Below, in pieces: positions 63,522 to 64,000 of a DNA stretch of 64,000 bases. Both the position numbers and the translations under genes were made by a program. The notes below the pieces were generated by a model. It worked only from the letters and a program-made list of their open reading frames with translations, was not told the origin of the DNA and did no database searches. The stretch's first letter is position 1; every line of letters begins with the position of its first letter. Source of the stretch: Hydrogenophaga sp. (GTDB lineage: Bacteria; Pseudomonadota; Gammaproteobacteria; Burkholderiales; Burkholderiaceae_C); the NCBI RefSeq assembly GCF_011390835.1, contig NZ_JAABRQ010000018.1:20255-84254 (forward strand). The letters run 5' to 3'.

Positions 63522-64000
63522 TCAGCCGGCGATGGTGTCGGTAGTCTGGTCGAGGTCGAATTCCCGGTGCAAGGCGCGCACCGCGAGCTCCATGTATTTC
63601 TCGTCGATCACCACCGAGGTTTTGATCTCGGAGGTGGAAATCATCTGGATGTTGATGCCCTCGTCGCTCAGACACTTGAACATACGGCTGGCCACGCCCA
63701 CGTGGCTGCGCATGCCGATGCCGACGATGCTGACCTTGCAGATGCGCGCGTCACCCACCACATCGGCCGCACCCAGTTTGGGCAGCACCTGGTCCTTGAG
63801 CAGGTCCATGGCCTTCTGGTAGTCGTTGCGGTGTACGGTGAAGCTGAAGTCGGTCAGGCCACCCTTGCTCACGTTCTGGATGATCACATCGACTTCGATG
63901 TTGGCTTCGGCCACCGTGCCAAGGATCTGGTAGGCGATGCCGGGGGTATCGGGTACGCCCAGCACGGCGATCTTGGCTTCGTCGCGGTTGAACGCAATAC
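63522..64000 (-). CDS. lysC: Aspartate kinase, C-terminal ACT domains (5' part lies outside the window)
   Basis: GVPDTPGIA, DFSFTV, KVSIVGIGMRSH.GVA, ISTSEIK.SV. Confidence 0.93.
   Translation of the reverse strand, partial: IAFNRDEAKIAVLGVPDTPGIAYQILGTVAEANIEVDVIIQNVSKGGLTDFSFTVHRNDYQKAMDLLKDQVLPKLGAADVVGDARICKVSIVGIGMRSHVGVASRMFKCLSDEGINIQMISTSEIKTSVVIDEKYMELAVRALHREFDLDQTTDTIAG

Overview
GC-rich chromosomal window from a Burkholderiales (Comamonadaceae-like) betaproteobacterium; the taxon is inferred from protein similarity and gene order. About 46 kb is a complete, apparently intact photosynthesis gene cluster (PGC) in three blocks: (+) bchIDO-bciB-crtEF-bchCXYZ-pufB-orf-pufALMC-ispH-crtADC; (-) bchFNBHLM-lhaA-puhABC-acsF-puhE-crtIB; (+) aerR-ppsR-bchG-pucC-like-bchP-orf. 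A HiPIP gene sits at the right edge. The PGC lies between hpnC (left) and hpnD-hpnE (right), which normally form one squalene-synthesis operon. Four non-photosynthesis genes (TIGR02450, PNPOx-like, DCC1-like, FGE-domain) sit where the two superoperons converge. PpsR boxes (TGT-N12-ACA) are visible at bchI, crtE, bchC, bchF/aerR and bchG, and bchC and bchG look leaderless. No bchE, bchJ, hemN, idi, dxs, pucBA, integrase or transposase is seen. The right flank is ordinary chromosome: LonC-like protease, SH3 protein, GST, HAD hydrolase, hemH, tctABC/tctDE, hslR, EamA, tRNA-Ser(GCT) and the 3' part of lysC. All assignments come from recognised motifs and recalled family knowledge, not database searches.
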